From contig CM052816.1 in NCBI GenBank assembly GCA_028534125.1, forward strand, positions 37,574,001-37,638,000: a DNA stretch of 64,000 nt. Reading direction: 5' to 3'. This DNA comes from Lama glama (Eukaryota). The position numbers and the translations under genes were made by a program. The notes beneath the pieces were generated by a model. It did no database searches and was not told the DNA's origin. It saw nothing but the letters and a program-made list of their open reading frames with translations. Numbering within the stretch: position 1 is the first letter of the stretch; each line of letters opens with the position of its first letter. Below, piece by piece: positions 1 through 11,965 of this stretch.

Positions 1-29
1 TTCCCTATCATCAAATTAAATGGAAATGT

Positions 30-108
30 TCATCTATAAAAGTCATCCTTAGCTCCTGGGATGCACAAAATAGGCAGCAGGCTAATTTGGCACGTGGGCC
101 ACAGTTCA
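30..108 (-). mobile_element. MER58-family (hAT-Charlie) DNA transposon terminal fragment
   Basis: CATCCTTAGCTCCTGGG...AAAATAGGCAGCAGGCTAATTTGGCACGTGGGCCACAGTT resembles the reverse complement of the MER58 5' terminus (recalled consensus). Confidence 0.6.
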
Positions 109-1054
109 GAGTGTGCTGTAGGGTACTGCTTAGGACCTTAGTAATTAACATCCAGGTGCCCAGTAGTTACCTCAAACTTGTTCATCATTTCATAGTGCTT
201 CTCTTGATAACCAGTAACAACATTCACATCCTTCCACCAAAATGTTTTCTTCATATGCTCTCCATTGCTTAACCCCCAATACATTCTATCCAAAATACAA
301 ATTGATGTTATTACTCTATTTAACTTCTTCTTCAGCCACTCATAGTCTTCAGGGAAAAAATGTTTCGCCGGCCCACGTCCTCATTGCTCTCCAGCATGCA
401 CCCTCTGCTCTAGGTGTACTGATTCACTTGTGGATCTTTGATATGACCACCTTCCTTCATTCACTATACTTCTGAATCATCTGTTGGCCCTTTCATACTT
501 CCTCTCCTGGTTAATGCTTCATGAAGTTTTTTGAAGTTACTTCTTCTATAGGCTAAATTAGATAACATTCAAAAAATCTCATTACACCTGTGTACACCTC
601 TATCCCAGGACCATAGGACTGTATTGCAAATGGTGATGCATGTATAACAGTCTCCCTTACAAGCTCCCCGACAACTAGGATATAGTGACACATGGTGGGA
701 CTGTTATACATGCTCACAGAATTAATCAATGAATGAATAGAATACATGATTTGCTAGACTAGGTCTCAACAATCCACAAAGGCAATGCTGCAATTTAAAA
801 AATTAGAAAATATTCATAATCCATCTCAAAATTCAATCTACTGTGTTAACATAGGTTGATTCGATTTTCTACAAACCCAGAAAAAAGGATTGCCCACACA
901 AAGAAGAATGATGCAGTAAGGCTAAGAGACTATCTCAAAGACCACATTTTCAGCAGTTTAAAAGAGAAAAGGGGTCAATCAGACATTTTAGTTTGGAATG
1001 GCCACTTTATAAAAGCTACTTTGACCCCAAATAATTTTTGTTGATCATTCAGTG

Positions 1055-1220
1055 AACAGTGGTTCCGAGCCAGTCCTCAGGAGTTAGAAGTGTCCTGGTT
1101 CCATCCCATCTGACCCATATCTGCTCTGTGACCTTGAGCAAATTTCTTACTCTTCCACTGTCCTCTGTTCCGTTAACTATGGAATAGGAATAAAAATAAA
1201 ACTTGCTTAACAGGATAAGA
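1055..1220 (+). mobile_element. MIR SINE fragment
   Basis: MIR core-like CTGTGACCTTGAGCAAATTTCTTA...CTCTGTTCC...TATGGAATAGGAATAAAAATA, preceded by a degenerate tRNA-like head. Confidence 0.6.
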
Positions 1221-2574
1221 CCCTTAGCATTTTAACTGGTACAACTTAAGCCCCCAAAGATTAGTTTTTAGTTATAATTATTGTATTAGTATTACTGGTA
1301 TTAATATCACTGAGCACCTGTTGAGTTAGAGGAACTAAGTTTTGGAGATAGAATGTGTTCAAAGAGAAATCTAAACATAAGAGCATACCAGGGTGAAAGC
1401 TATAATTTAAGCAGATAAAAGATGGCATAATGGGAAAAATTTCAATGTGCAGTAGAATTTTGAAATTGACCTTGAAGGAGGAATATGAGTGCAGATGGAA
1501 ATAATATTTCAGACAATAGCATGACACTTATAAAAGCCGGGAAAGGAAAAAAAAAAGTTAAGAACCAAAAAGTTTAAGATAAAGGAGCACAAAGGTAAAC
1601 TTCTACTTGGACAACAACTGGGCTTTACTTTATCTAGAACTGCTCTTACTGCCAGACTGGTTTAGACCCCCAGCACTACTTAATGTTTATCTTCAGTATC
1701 AAAACTCTTATACCATATTGAAATTAAGAATGAACTCAATGACAGGAACTGGGTTTTTTTGGTCCCGTATCCTCAAAATGCAGCACATAAATGGGTGATG
1801 AATAAACATTTAAGTTGGTACCTGGAAACCCAAATGGAGAGCTGCTATAAAAGACCTAGTCAGAAATAATACTCAGGTGGAGAGAAGGGTCTTGATATGT
1901 AACTCATTTTTGAAGGAGAATCCAACAGCATTTTTATATTGTGTAAATTGGAATGAAAGGAAGAATCAATGATCACTTTAATGTAAGAGTTAAAGCAAAT
2001 GACTACCAGGGTCTTGGAGGTAAGGTGCTTTGAAAGCAAGATAATAATTTTTTTTTTCTGTCAATCTGAAAATTACTATGGGTGAATATATGCCAAGTAG
2101 TCAGTCTGGAGGTGGCAAAGTGTTCAAGTTTGGATATTATCTACTTAGTGGGATAAAGTATATTAGAATTCATGGTATTTCCCAGTGTATCAATAAGAAT
2201 TAAAGAAAAGTTGGATCCTCTGAAAATAGAGATATTTGAAGAATGGGTAGCAAAAGGATTGTGGGGAAGGTGCTAAATTTGTTGAAACTCTTTTTTATTC
2301 CAGTAATACTGAAATACTAGGCTATGTCATATGATTTTAACATTCTGCATATTACTGTAAAGATGATGAAATTGAGAGTTCGAAAGGTTAAAAAGCGCAA
2401 GGGAATGGCTGATCGCTGAGTCAAAAGACAGCCTCTGTGAACCAGAAACTACGTTCTTCACTCTGCCCTGGTGCCCATGGGTTTCTCCTGCTGTAAAATG
2501 AAGAAGTTGTATCAGACACTTTCTAGTGGCACTTTATAACACTTTACAGTTGCGGGTAGTAGAAACTATTTGTA

Positions 2575-2825
2575 TAGTTGGTACTGTGTCCAGTAATGTT
2601 CTAAAAGGTTTGTGTATGTTAATCCTTATCTGATTCTCACAACAAGCCTATGAGATCATTGATACTATTGTTTCCATTTAAGATGTGCCAGACTGAGGCG
2701 TGAAGATACTTGGTACCTTGACCGTGTGCGCGCAGGCAGGAGCCAGTGGAGTGGAGCTAGCGCTCGCGAGCGGTGCGGCCATGGCGCCTGCGCTCTTAGC
2801 TGTGGAGCTACACCGCTGCTCTGCT
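2575..2825 (-). mobile_element. MIR SINE, near full length, head region GC-enriched
   Basis: TTCTCACAACAAGCCTATGAGA...TATTGTTTCCATTTAAGATG...ACTGAGGC is the antisense MIR core; continues into GCCTGCGCTCTTAGC...GCTACACCGC, similar to the antisense MIR head. Confidence 0.65.
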
Positions 2826-2832
2826 TGGCGAC
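2722..2832. promoter_or_regulatory. CpG micro-island with NRF1 motif and CGCG palindrome (candidate regulatory element)
   Basis: 12 CpGs in ~110 bp; perfect palindrome CGCTCGCGAGCG at 2761-2772; GCGCCTGCGC (NRF1 consensus) at 2784-2793. Confidence 0.4.
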
Positions 2833-3875
2833 ACTTAACAGAGAATTGTCCAAATGCTTCATCTTGAAAATTCATGAATACAATAGGGAACAAGTTTTGG
2901 AAGAGAAAATTAGTAAACCTTTGGAAAAAATAGAAATAGAAAGAAACTGAAAATTGGAAAGTATGAAACGTGACTTCAAAAGTCCCATAGATGTCCCTAG
3001 GTTTGCTGACACTGAAAGGGAGGCTGTCAGTACACTGCCATGCTCTCAGATTACACTTACATATGCATATATAGGCAATTCAAGAGCTCAGGAGTTTTAT
3101 TTTTTGGTATCTTCTTTTGTGTGCTTATATTCTTTATAGATATTTATTTCATTCTTGAATAATAATTAAGAAAAAATATTGTGTATAGAATCATTAAAGA
3201 AGGTCTGCTATTAATAACTTAGGGACTTTTATGAAGCTAAAAGGGGAAATGAGCAAAGTCGACTTCAAAGTGGACAACTATGAGCATTATCTGAAGTGCA
3301 TTGTATAGTGGCTACAAAGATTTTTACTTTGAGACATAATTATCAATGTGAGAATTCTGCTATATATGAGCAAATATTTTAGTCACATTTTTCATAGCCT
3401 TCATAATCCAAATAGATTTTCTTGACAAAAATACAGTCTATCACATTTAGTAGTCTGTCAGTGTAGCAAAGTATGAAGATTATTTACAGTTTTTTATAGT
3501 TTTACTATGAAATACTTGATATACAGAGTATACAAACAACACAACAGGAAATGATGATTCTGTCCTTTGAATTGTACTAGAAAAATCACTAAGAAATGGT
3601 TCAGAAAAGTATACAGTATTAAAAAGGATCCTATCAATTTTCCTCCCTGAAATATAAATAACTGTTATAACTTTCTTGGTCAAATTTCTGAGGAGGATTT
3701 ATATTTTTATATAATAAAAAATGAACTCTACCTCACTGAAACCTGAGCATATGGACATATAAATTGAGAAAACCAAGTACTGGGGAGAAGTGTGCACATT
3801 TAGGAAACTGGTACTTACGAGTCACAGTTTCCCTCTTGTCGTAAGATTGGATACATTAGATGAGAGAAGACTTAC

Positions 3876-3925
3876 CCAAACTGCCGTTTGTAACTGGGCT
3901 GAAGCACTTTCTCTTACAAGCAATA
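3876..3925 (-). CDS. Candidate 50-nt internal exon of an unidentified minus-strand transcript
   Basis: Acceptor TTTTCACTTCTCCCATATTCAG| and donor TGG|GTAAGT; phase-1 reading (V)LLVRESASAQLQTAVW is open; no homology recognised. Confidence 0.2.
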
Positions 3926-4164
3926 CTGAATATGGGAGAAGTGAAAATTAAGAATTTATAACATTTGTTAAAATGTCATCAATAGAACATCTACTTTAAG
4001 ATAGTATGTATGAGATAAAAATAAATATGAGAACGGTGTATCCCCTACACTCTAAGATCATGAGGGAGAGAGACATGGAAAAATAAAAGGATTTCTGCAT
4101 GACTAAAATGAATCTTTCCTACTGAAAGGAAAGACTGAAGAGTTTAATTTTTTTGAAGGGGGAG

Positions 4165-4790
4165 GGCATTTGTTTTCTATTACTGCATAACAATTTACCA
4201 CAAATTTAGCAGCTTAAACAATATCCATTTATTTATATCACAGTTCTAGAAGTCTAAAATCTGGATGGGTTTGGCTGGTTTCTTTGTTTAGGGTCTCTAA
4301 AGGCCAGAGTCAAGATGTAGGCCTAGATGGGTTCTTACATGAAGGCTGTTGGGAGAAATTCTCTTCCAAACATACTCGTGTTGTTGGTAGAATTCTTCTT
4401 TGCAGTTGTGAGACTGACATCCCACTTTTCCTTGCTGGCTGTCAGCCAGGGACCTCTCAGCAAGTAGAGACTGCCCACGTCCTTGGCATGTGGCCCTTCC
4501 ATCTTTGTGTCTAGAAACTGTGGGTGAGAGTCTTCTCTTGCCACAAGTCCTTCCGGTTCCCTCTTCTCTGTACTAACCTGAGGAAACTCACTGCTTTAAA
4601 AGTGATTTGTGTACTTAGATTTGATCCAGTTAGATAACGTTCCTATCTTAAAGTCGACTACATTGTGAAACCATGTTATCAAGGGAGCAGTATCTCATCT
4701 ATTCACAGATGTCTGGGATTAGGGTATAAAATCCTAAGGGGACTGGTTTTTGTTTGTTTGTTTGTTTGTTTTTGAGTTCTGTCAACCACA
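4165..4790 (-). mobile_element. MaLR solo LTR (MLT1E-like)
   Basis: TTTTCTATTACTGCATAACAATTTACCACAAATTTAGCAGCTTAAACAA start, GCAGTTGTGAGACTGA and GCTGGCTGTCAGCCAGGG blocks, ends TTCTGTCAACCACA. Confidence 0.8.
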
Positions 4791-6544
4791 GGACCTGTTG
4801 GAAGAGTTCTCAAATGATGTAATATATTAGCTGACCAAAGAAGGAAGACAGGATTTAGTAGGTCAATGCCTGGAAAAGTATTGTGAGTTGAGGAAAAAGC
4901 TCAGAAATGCCTAATCCGAGAATGTACAAGGTGTATTTGGGGAATGATAAGTATTGCAATGTGACATAGAATATATGTATTGTAGAGAGAAACAGGATTA
5001 TGGGATAAAATGTTGTAAGGGATCAGGTTTTTGAGTGCATCTCTGAGCTTGCAAATCCTTGTTCACTATTTTGGATGAAATTTGCAGGTAGCCATTCTTA
5101 GCTGGAGTAATTGAATGAATGAATACATTTCCTTCTATGGACTGCATTAGTATTTATCTTTTTTTCTTGAATGAAATACTGAGTTTAGATATTAGCACAC
5201 GAGGCCAGAATGTTATATGCACCCATTAAAAAATAAGCAAAACAGTCTTAAATATTTTCCTTGTGACTTCTAGATTCATAGACTTAGCAATAACATTAAT
5301 CCACACCGTTCACTAATAGTGAAAAAGATACAATATTTCACAAAAAAATTTTCCCTTATTTCAAATTCCTCTTTTACATGACAGGTTTTGCCTTTTCTCA
5401 AAAGATATTTTCAACTAGGCAATTCAATTTCTTAAGGGATTAATTTATAGAAAACTAACCTCTCTGTTTTTGCTCTATGAAAAAACAAAACAAAAACCCT
5501 GAAAACAAAAAGAGAAAGGAGAAGCTTTTTGATGAAAAATACTGCTGCTGTAATATATATGAAGATGTGCTACTAGCAGAGAGGGGACCACCTGCACAGG
5601 CTTTATCAAAAGTCCTGAAAAAGGAATGGCAGAAAGAGCAGCGAATGGGAGACACATGAAGACCACACATGAAAACTTGTAACAGAAGAGACAAAAATTA
5701 TCTTCCAAGATACTCCAAAGAATTTAGAGGAATAATTGGAAAGAATCATTTTAAAAGTGCATGGAATATTATTAAATGAATTCTTAGTGCTCAACAAGAG
5801 TAGGAAAATGATAAAAATGAAAACTGTACAGAAGTATCAGAAAAGAAAAAGACACCTTATAAATAGGCCACCATAAGCCCACACAACAGACTTCAGAAAA
5901 GGAGGCAAAATGAATTAGGCAAGAACAAAGAATTAAAATGATTAGAGAAAACAAATGTTACAAGAGAGAAATAGTAGATCTAACATTTGCATAGTTTGCA
6001 TTTGCAAAAATAAAACCTGTATTAAGAAACAAAATGTATAACTGAAGAATATTTATTGAAAGAAAAGAGAAGTGACCCCTTCTTTTGAATCACATATAAT
6101 TCTAGTATAAGGAGGCAATTAATACAAAATGATGGCTTTGTGGATTTTCCTCATTTTAAAGATAAAAAAATACTTCGTGCAATTAAGTACAATACAAATT
6201 AGGAACAAAAGGAAAATAGCTTTTAAAACTTCTCCTCAATAAGATACCACAATATAAAAATAGGAGTGATTATCACCAGTAACTGGTAAAGTGAAGTGAG
6301 AAAATGTAAAGAGACAGAGGAAAATTATATGTATATGCTACAGCTCATTAAGTAGCTAGTTAATTCATCAAAACCAAAAACAAATAAGAGGCCACTTACG
6401 AAATGAAAACTAAAGGCTTCAGGAGTGATAATAGAGATAGCAAACTGCACATTATTAGAGTCAGTAAAAAATCCCCTGCATTGATTGGATGTTTAAGTGT
6501 CAGTTTTCAGTGTATATGTGCATGGCTGTGAGTGTGTATATAAT

Positions 6545-6720
6545 ATCGTTTAATTTTTACATATTTCTTTAGAGGTAGATATTATCAGCTTTTGAATGTA
6601 TGAAAATGAGGCAAATATAATTAGTAAACTTACCTAATACTCCACAGTTTGTAAGTGGTAGCTCTAGGGATCAGATACCAGGCAGCCAAGCTCTATGAAC
6701 TGGTTCTCTGAACCAGTGTA
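6545..6720 (-). mobile_element. MIR SINE fragment
   Basis: GAGGTAGATATTATC...ATGAAAATGAGGC...ACTTACCTAA...ACAGTTTGTAAGTGGTAG antisense MIR pattern. Confidence 0.55.
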
Positions 6721-7974
6721 AACTGGTGGTCTTAACAAGTGAAAATTGGTTCTTCATGAATGCAAACCCCCTCTGAGGAAAGACAGTTAAAATTACAATA
6801 ACTTTAATAGCTGTTTATTGGCTGCAGTCAAATCTCTGAAACATTGTAGTCTTAAAAGAACTCTATACATGGGAAGACCTTCATGCATGATGATCTAATA
6901 ATACCTAAGAAATAATTGAATGGCCCTCAATTGCTACCCACCACCAAACCCACATTCAAAAATTGCAAAGAGGTTCACATATTAGATTACAACAATTTGT
7001 AAGTATTTAAGTAGTCTCATGATCAAAGCATTCAAATAAAAAGGCAAATAATTTTACAAAGAAATCGAAAGAATGAGTTTTTCAAATGTTAAAAACTTTT
7101 TTTGCCGAACACCATGAAAAGATAAAGTAGTGATTTTTTTAAAGTGTAAGTTAATATCCATAAGCTATGAAGAGTTTTAAACTAAAAAAACAAGTTGCCA
7201 GTAATTCTTATTTTAGTGGTTTATCTTCGGAAATAATCAGAATTGAAGGCAATTTAAAAATATATTGTAGTTTATTTTTGAAACTAAATATTCACAAATA
7301 TGGCTAAATAAATCATGTGTATCAGATGGCAAATTTTGCTGTCCTTTAAACCATCATTCAAGTAATTATCCATGACGGGATAAAATTGTTTCCTGATAAA
7401 AATGAAAAGTGTTGATACAAAACTGAGTGTGTAAGTCCAGGCTACAAAGTAATATTTATGGAGCAGATATGTGCCAGATATATGCATCTATATTGCCAGA
7501 GATTACACTGAGGGCTTCATGATTTTGCCACTTTGACATTGAAGGATCTTAAGTCCTGGGGCCCAGAGACTTTGTATGGGTCATTTCATCTCATGCATGA
7601 CTGGGCTGTCCCTGTGCTAATTCTGAGAAATCTTGTGGAGGAGTTTTCCTTCCAGAATATGCTTGTTTTTGTTGCCATTGGATGCCTTAGTGCACAACCA
7701 ACAGAAGGTTAATACCGAGTTTATTTTGTCTTTGGGGATCATAGCTGACGACATGCCATGTGAGGCTGAGTACAGAATAAAAATACAGGTTCCATTGTTC
7801 AAAAAACAGGAAAGTAATGTGAGTAAAGGTACTAATATATATAGTGTGTGTGGGGTGGGTGTGTGTGAAAGCTCAGACACGTAATGTAAATGATGCTTTT
7901 TATGTTTCATATGTAATTTTTAGGTGTTTTGTAGCAGGATATTTTCCCACACAATACTTCAACTATCATACTAT

Positions 7975-8448
7975 TGTCAACAAACAAGATTTATCAGTGG
8001 ATCTTAGAAAAAATGGAAAATTTTATTTGAGCGAGTTGATGATTATAATCCAGGAGCAGCCTCTCCGAAAGCTCTGAGAACTGTTCTGCCCATTAGAAGT
8101 CAAAGCACTGTTACATAAGTTTTTTAAGACAGAGGGCTATACATTAAATGATGTATTATTGACAGTTAACACAATCCAGATCCATAGGTACAAAGAGAGT
8201 CATGGGTCATCGCGGCCCCTTACAAGATTAAGAAGGAAGGTTATCTCTTAAGGAGTTATCTTGTTGATGCGAGGAGAATGCTGTTCTTTATGGTTGAGCA
8301 GGTTTTTCTGCTGATGGGGAGGTTTGCTTGATGCATAATGCAGATACACGACGCACAGTAGAGAGGAGAAGAGGCCAAAGGGCAGAGAAAAATTCATATG
8401 TTCAAAATTTTCTTGACTTGCCTAAGAATATAAATTTGTATTTCATCA
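7975..8448 (-). mobile_element. ERV1 solo LTR, MER41-like (cetartiodactyl type)
   Basis: TG...CA termini, perfect 4-bp TSD CTAT (7971-7974 and 8449-8452), minus-strand AATAAA near 8022, resembles recalled MER41_BT-type consensus. Confidence 0.85.
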
Positions 8449-9496
8449 CTATTCATATTTTTTAAAAAGCCTTTTTGATTTTGCTGATCCTTCTGCTTAC
8501 TTTGTCTTTATGGCATAGTTTCATCAGTGGAATGCTCAGGTCTTCTATTTTTAGTCACTTTATTGTTTTAAAAAATGAACGTCCACAGTGTGTGAGGAGA
8601 CATAGCCGTTTGTTCCCTATGGCTGACCTTGTCCTGTGACTGTCCTGATAGTTTAACAAAGTGTAAGCTCAGCGGCCTGAGCTGTTCAGGAGGAAGCACC
8701 AGCTTCCTGATCTCCAGTGGAAATCCGTAGTTATGCTAATTCCTCTCTTTGATCGATGTTTGATTTCCTGGTGGTGGTCTTGTCATTGAGGTAACCTCCC
8801 ACCCAGCCAGTTTCTGGTCCCATCATTACAAGTTCTCATGGTTGCATAGTAAGTTAGGCACAGTTGTGCACTTCCTGGCTTCACTGGAATTATATAAAAT
8901 GACACCTTGGTAGGTGCCCTCTCTTGCACACTTGTGTTTGCACTCAGTGCTGCTTCTGAGCCTCGTGTCCACCACCTGGAATGAGAGAATGAAACTTTCT
9001 TATAATTATTACTTACATTGTATCCCTAAATTTTGATATGCACTATTTGTATTGCTTTGCCATCCCTGTATTTCATACATTGCTTTATGATTTTCTCTGT
9101 AACACATTGTCTAGACTTATGTCTTCACTTAAACATGGGTAGAGTAATTCCCTTTATATTTTCATTTTTATTTTCTAATTCATTTTTATTTTGTTTCATC
9201 CATTCTTGTTTATTTTAATTTTTGTCATGTTTTAAGTTAATCCTAGTGTGTTTTGTGTATCATTTTTAATCTTTTATTTCTCCCACTTTCTGCTTTCCTG
9301 AATTCCTTATTTATTTGTGTTTGTTTATTTGTGAAAGTGTTTCTACTGATTTTTAAATGGTGCCTTTAAAAATTTTTACAGGCTTATGGTAGAATGAGAA
9401 TAAAACTTTAGATCGTTAAATCCTATATTATTGAAAAGAATATAAAATAATTAGGCATATAATAGCTTTTATATACAGCATGTGAACAAAAAATAG

Positions 9497-9944
9497 TGCA
9501 AACCGCATCAGTAAACAAAGAATGCTGAAACCATCAAGTCATCAGCAGCTGCCGCCACCCCCCAGTGAAGACAAGCCTGCAGCCCAGCCTCTGCAGCCAC
9601 TCACAATGGTGCCCTCTCAGGGGACTCAGAATAATAAAGGACAAGATACTGGCCCTAGACAGCTAGATGCTTGTCAAAGGAATGAATTCAGTGAGCCCAA
9701 ATTTCTTCTTCCTCTCATACATAGAAAAGCACTAAATTCTTTAACTTGAGATGCCTGGTTTTCTTTAGATGACAAGTAGCCTTTTAATGTTCCAACTACC
9801 TGGTCTTTGTTGTAAAGCTCCTACATATCCTAGCTCCTCACCTAGCTCTTCAGAGCAGTCCCTCAGAGCCATCTGAGAGGCTGTCCTTCCACCAAATAAA
9901 ACATAACTCTCAACTTTTAGGCTGCACATTTATTTCAGTTGATA
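9497..9944 (+). mobile_element. ERV1-type solo LTR
   Basis: Starts TGCAAACCGCATCAGTAAACAAAG; GAGCAGTCCCTCAGAGCCATCTGAGAGGCTGT block; AATAAA at ~9895 then U5-like end TTCAGTTGATA; TSD not clean. Confidence 0.75.
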
Positions 9945-10224
9945 AGCAAATAAAAAGTATGCAAAATACAGCAATTTGGAAGGAAATATTTGATGTCTCA
10001 GACAACTAAAATTAACACAAAAATTAGATGAAAATGTCTCCTAAGGAGATAAATCCCGCAGTCTTCTGTGGTTTACTCTGTTGATACTTGTGGTCTCTTA
10101 GATTTAATCATTCTTGATGGGAAAAAATAGTTACCATGGTAATTATTTGATAAAAGATTAATTCAAGTAATAATCAAATATATTGTTAATTAAATAGAGA
10201 TTAATCAATTATAAACCTTCACGG

Positions 10225-10878
10225 TGTTAGAGCAGGCAGATAGCTAGATATGAGCAGAGAAAGGGGGACACAGACCAAACGGCAGGAATTGGGCAGAAAG
10301 GAGGCGCACAGGCCAAATGCAGGAAACCACACATCATGTAAGCAGCAGGGATCCTTGGGCAGAGAAAGAAAAGCAGGAACCTTGGGGCTGATAATGGATC
10401 ATGCCTTTTGTGATGACAAGTGGCCTGGAGAAGAACAAAGAACGGTGAGAAAAGGCAGGAATTTCCAGTGTCCAAATGTAACCTTTTGCTCATTATGCCC
10501 TCATTTCAATAAAATTAGCCTTGCAGATCAGAAGTACCCATCATGCACCGATGCCATGACGCTTCTGATCCAGACTAAATAAGGACAAAAATCCCTCCTC
10601 CCTTTGGGAAGTGGAGTTGGGATGATAATCAGGGAATGCGACCCCAAACCCTTCCCTCCCCAGTGAATATTCCGCCCATTCATTTTTACACCCTATGTAG
10701 CTAACTTGCCAAAGAAACTCCGGGCACCCGCTCACCTGAGCCTGCCTGCTCTCCCCTGAGAGTGTACTATCCATCCTTTAATAAATCCTCACTTTACTTT
10801 TTAACCACTAAGTCTTGTCTCTGAATTCTTTCTGGAACAGACAAGAACCTGGAACACCCGTTGCATCTATCGGCAACA
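10225..10878 (+). mobile_element. ERV solo LTR (ERV1-like)
   Basis: TGTTAG...GGCAACA inverted termini, GC-rich against flanks, AATAAA at ~10780, U5 with CTGAATTCTTTCTG...ACAAGAACC. Confidence 0.85.
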
Positions 10879-11779
10879 ATAGCACAACATAATGAAGAAA
10901 AAAGTTGAATAACAATAAAATTCGAATGGGACTGTTTTATTTTTATTTTAAATAATTATCTTAGATTCTCACTGAAGTGGTTTTAATTATTTGTTTAAAA
11001 ATATAATTTTAGATAATTTTTTTAAAATCCTGTTTCATCATAAAGAAATGGCCAGGAATGCATTTACTTGATTGCATTATTGCAGAGATTGCGTTATTTG
11101 AAGGACTTAACATAGTCCTTAAAACAAAATGTAAAAACTGACATTTCTTTAAATGTTCAGTTATAATGTTAGAAATGTAATAGAGCTGAAAATTTAATAA
11201 TTTGTAAAGAACAAACTGTCAGCACACCCAAACTTAACATGCAGGTACTAGTGGTAATAAAGAAAGAGAAACCCTATTTTTAAATTATATTAGACTGAGA
11301 TAATAATACAGTTTTTTATAAATTACAATTGAATAAAATTTAGTCACCATTTTTCATCAGCAGCACATTAAATGCAGTATAAAGCATGTAAAAATTCAGC
11401 AAATTCAAAAAGTAAAGATTTTGTAAAGATTTCATTGAAAAAATGGAACTTCAGTATTTTTTAATCTATTTTCTACAAAGCATATTTACTGCTTTTCTGT
11501 GGGAAATGTAACAATGGATAAGATAAAATTTCTACCCATCAATAATTTAAAATCAAATGAGATAGAAAAAACTTAATTATAAAACTATCACAAATTTTAA
11601 ATTAATGTTATATATGGCATAAGGCATAGATGGTGTAGTATTTGTGTTATATGTTTTATAACATATACAGTATAATATAAAATAAAATTTTAGATTATAA
11701 AATTTAATAAAACATATGTAATACTTGTTTTAAATTATTGATAATTTTATAGTTAAGCTTTTCTTTCTCAGATTTTAAA

Positions 11780-11965
11780 TTCCTGGGTTAATACCTGGAG
11801 TTGCATGTGTAGGGAGCTTCAGATGTGGTGCTTAGTTTTAATTTAGTCAATTTCTTGATCTGCTTACTGGGTAGATGGATATGTTCAGTTAATAAAAATT
11901 CATTAAGTTCTGCATCTCTTGATCTATGCATTTGTACGAGTGTATATTTCATTTCGAAAATAATT
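11780..11965 (+). mobile_element. Old L1 (L1ME/MC-type) 3' end
   Basis: TTTCTTGATCTG...GGATATGTTCAGTTAATAAAAATTCATTAAG...TATGCATTTGT...TGTATATTTCATTTC pattern. Confidence 0.5.

Noticed and set aside
2665..2950. Three overlapping ORFs across the CpG patch
   Set aside because: Consequence of local GC richness in MIR-derived sequence; no homology or splice support
5450..6250. A-rich, Lys/Glu-biased stretch with short ORFs
   Set aside because: Probably a very old L1/HAL1 ORF1 remnant; too degraded to assign and not a host gene
10227..10774. ORFs of 77-110 aa
   Set aside because: Entirely within a solo LTR
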